Part shown: positions 63,116 through 64,000 of the stretch, piece by piece
Layout of the letters: every line of letters begins with the position of its first letter
Numbering within the stretch: position 1 is the first letter of the stretch
Assembly: GCA_964016885.1 (NCBI GenBank)
Contig: OZ024740.1
Coordinates: 153,140,001 to 153,204,000, forward strand
DNA: 64,000 bases
Direction: 5' to 3'
DNA from: Eledone cirrhosa
Lineage: Eukaryota
Translations under genes and position numbers: made by a program
The notes under the pieces: generated by a model
Told to the model about the DNA's origin: nothing
Databases searched by the model: none
The model's input: only the letters and a program-made list of their open reading frames with translations

Positions 63116-63226
63116 AATTTATATCTAGTAACATTTATATACACACAGATGCATATCAATGCTAGCAAATATATAGGTTTTGTCTTATTAACATTGTGGT
63201 TCAATGCATGGGGTTGCAGAACAATA

Positions 63227-63379
63227 ATATGAGAGACGTAAAATAAGAAAATTATAAAATTAACTTACTAAAAAAAATCACTTCCAACTAATTAGTCCAT
63301 TCCAGAAACTAATTAGTTGGAAGTGATTTTTTAGTAAGTAAGTTAATTTTATAATTTTCTTATTTTACGTCTCTCATAT
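63227..63379. repeat. Foldback hairpin with ~70 bp arms and an 11 nt loop
   Basis: 63227-63296 is the reverse complement of 63308-63379 with small indels. Confidence 0.92.
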
Positions 63380-63487
63380 ATAAATATATATGTATATAAC
63401 AAAGAAAGTGTGGTAAGGAACCAGGTAGACCATAACGCACTATATATATATATATATATAGTCCGTTATGGTCTACCTGGTTCCTTA

Positions 63488-63557
<70 letters not shown>

Positions 63558-63617
63558 CATATATATATATATACAATATATTAACAAATGGAAACTATAT
63601 TTATAAAACCATATTTA

Positions 63618-63679
63618 TTTCATTATACATATTTCAAGGGCCACCAAGGCAAACTATGGTGCGCTTTCATCAGATAAAA
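63618..63679 (-). ncRNA. Type I hammerhead ribozyme with intact core, in a PLE 3' region homologous to 35300-35700
   Basis: TTTTAT-CTGATGA-AAG CG CACCA...TGGTG GCC CTT-GAAA-TATGTA-TA-ATGAAA. Confidence 0.75.
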
Positions 63680-64000
63680 TATAACATAGGTTAGTTTTAT
63701 AAATAAATATTGACATACCCTGAAAAAATACAACCATTCTGGTTGGAATCTCCTGGATAGTGGAGTTATTAGATTTATTGTTGGTTTATTATGCAAATTA
63801 GTGTCGGAAAGGTTTAAAATACCAGTATATTTAAATTAAGCCGTTGGAATAGGGAAAAAAGAAAGAAAGAGAAAAAAGAGAAAAAACGAAAGAAAGAAAG
63901 AGAAAAAACCTGAGTATATTTAAGTGAGAGAGAATAGCGTAATTTTGAGAGAAGAAGCGAAGAAATAAATATAACGTGGATGAATACCGTAGCATGGATA

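Overview
This is 64 kb of AT-rich, microsatellite-dense animal DNA, most likely a cephalopod such as octopus (inferred from co-occurring CORE- and Meta-type SINEs, an RTE LINE and extreme (TA)n/(CA)n content). I found no host protein-coding gene; nearly everything is transposable-element derived. It contains CR1, RTE, CRE, R4/Dong and Tx1/L1 non-LTR retrotransposons, at least five Penelope-like element (PLE) copies or remnants, non-autonomous Helitrons, SINEs, a mariner scrap and several satellites. Three things stand out. (1) An ~11.3 kb palindrome (about 19470-30740) built from two head-to-head PLE copies plus their flanks, with smaller foldbacks nested inside. (2) About ten hammerhead-ribozyme-like motifs, three with an intact CUGANGA/GAAA core, in PLE 3' ends and in small non-coding tandem-plus-inverted units sitting in (TA)n; the fold-back breakpoints repeatedly fall at the ribozyme's palindromic stem III. 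(3) A 17 kb pile-up of two full-length Tx1 elements, Dong elements and a SINE, separated by same-strand (TAA)n tracts. Coordinates and folds were read by eye and are approximate unless a junction is quoted.
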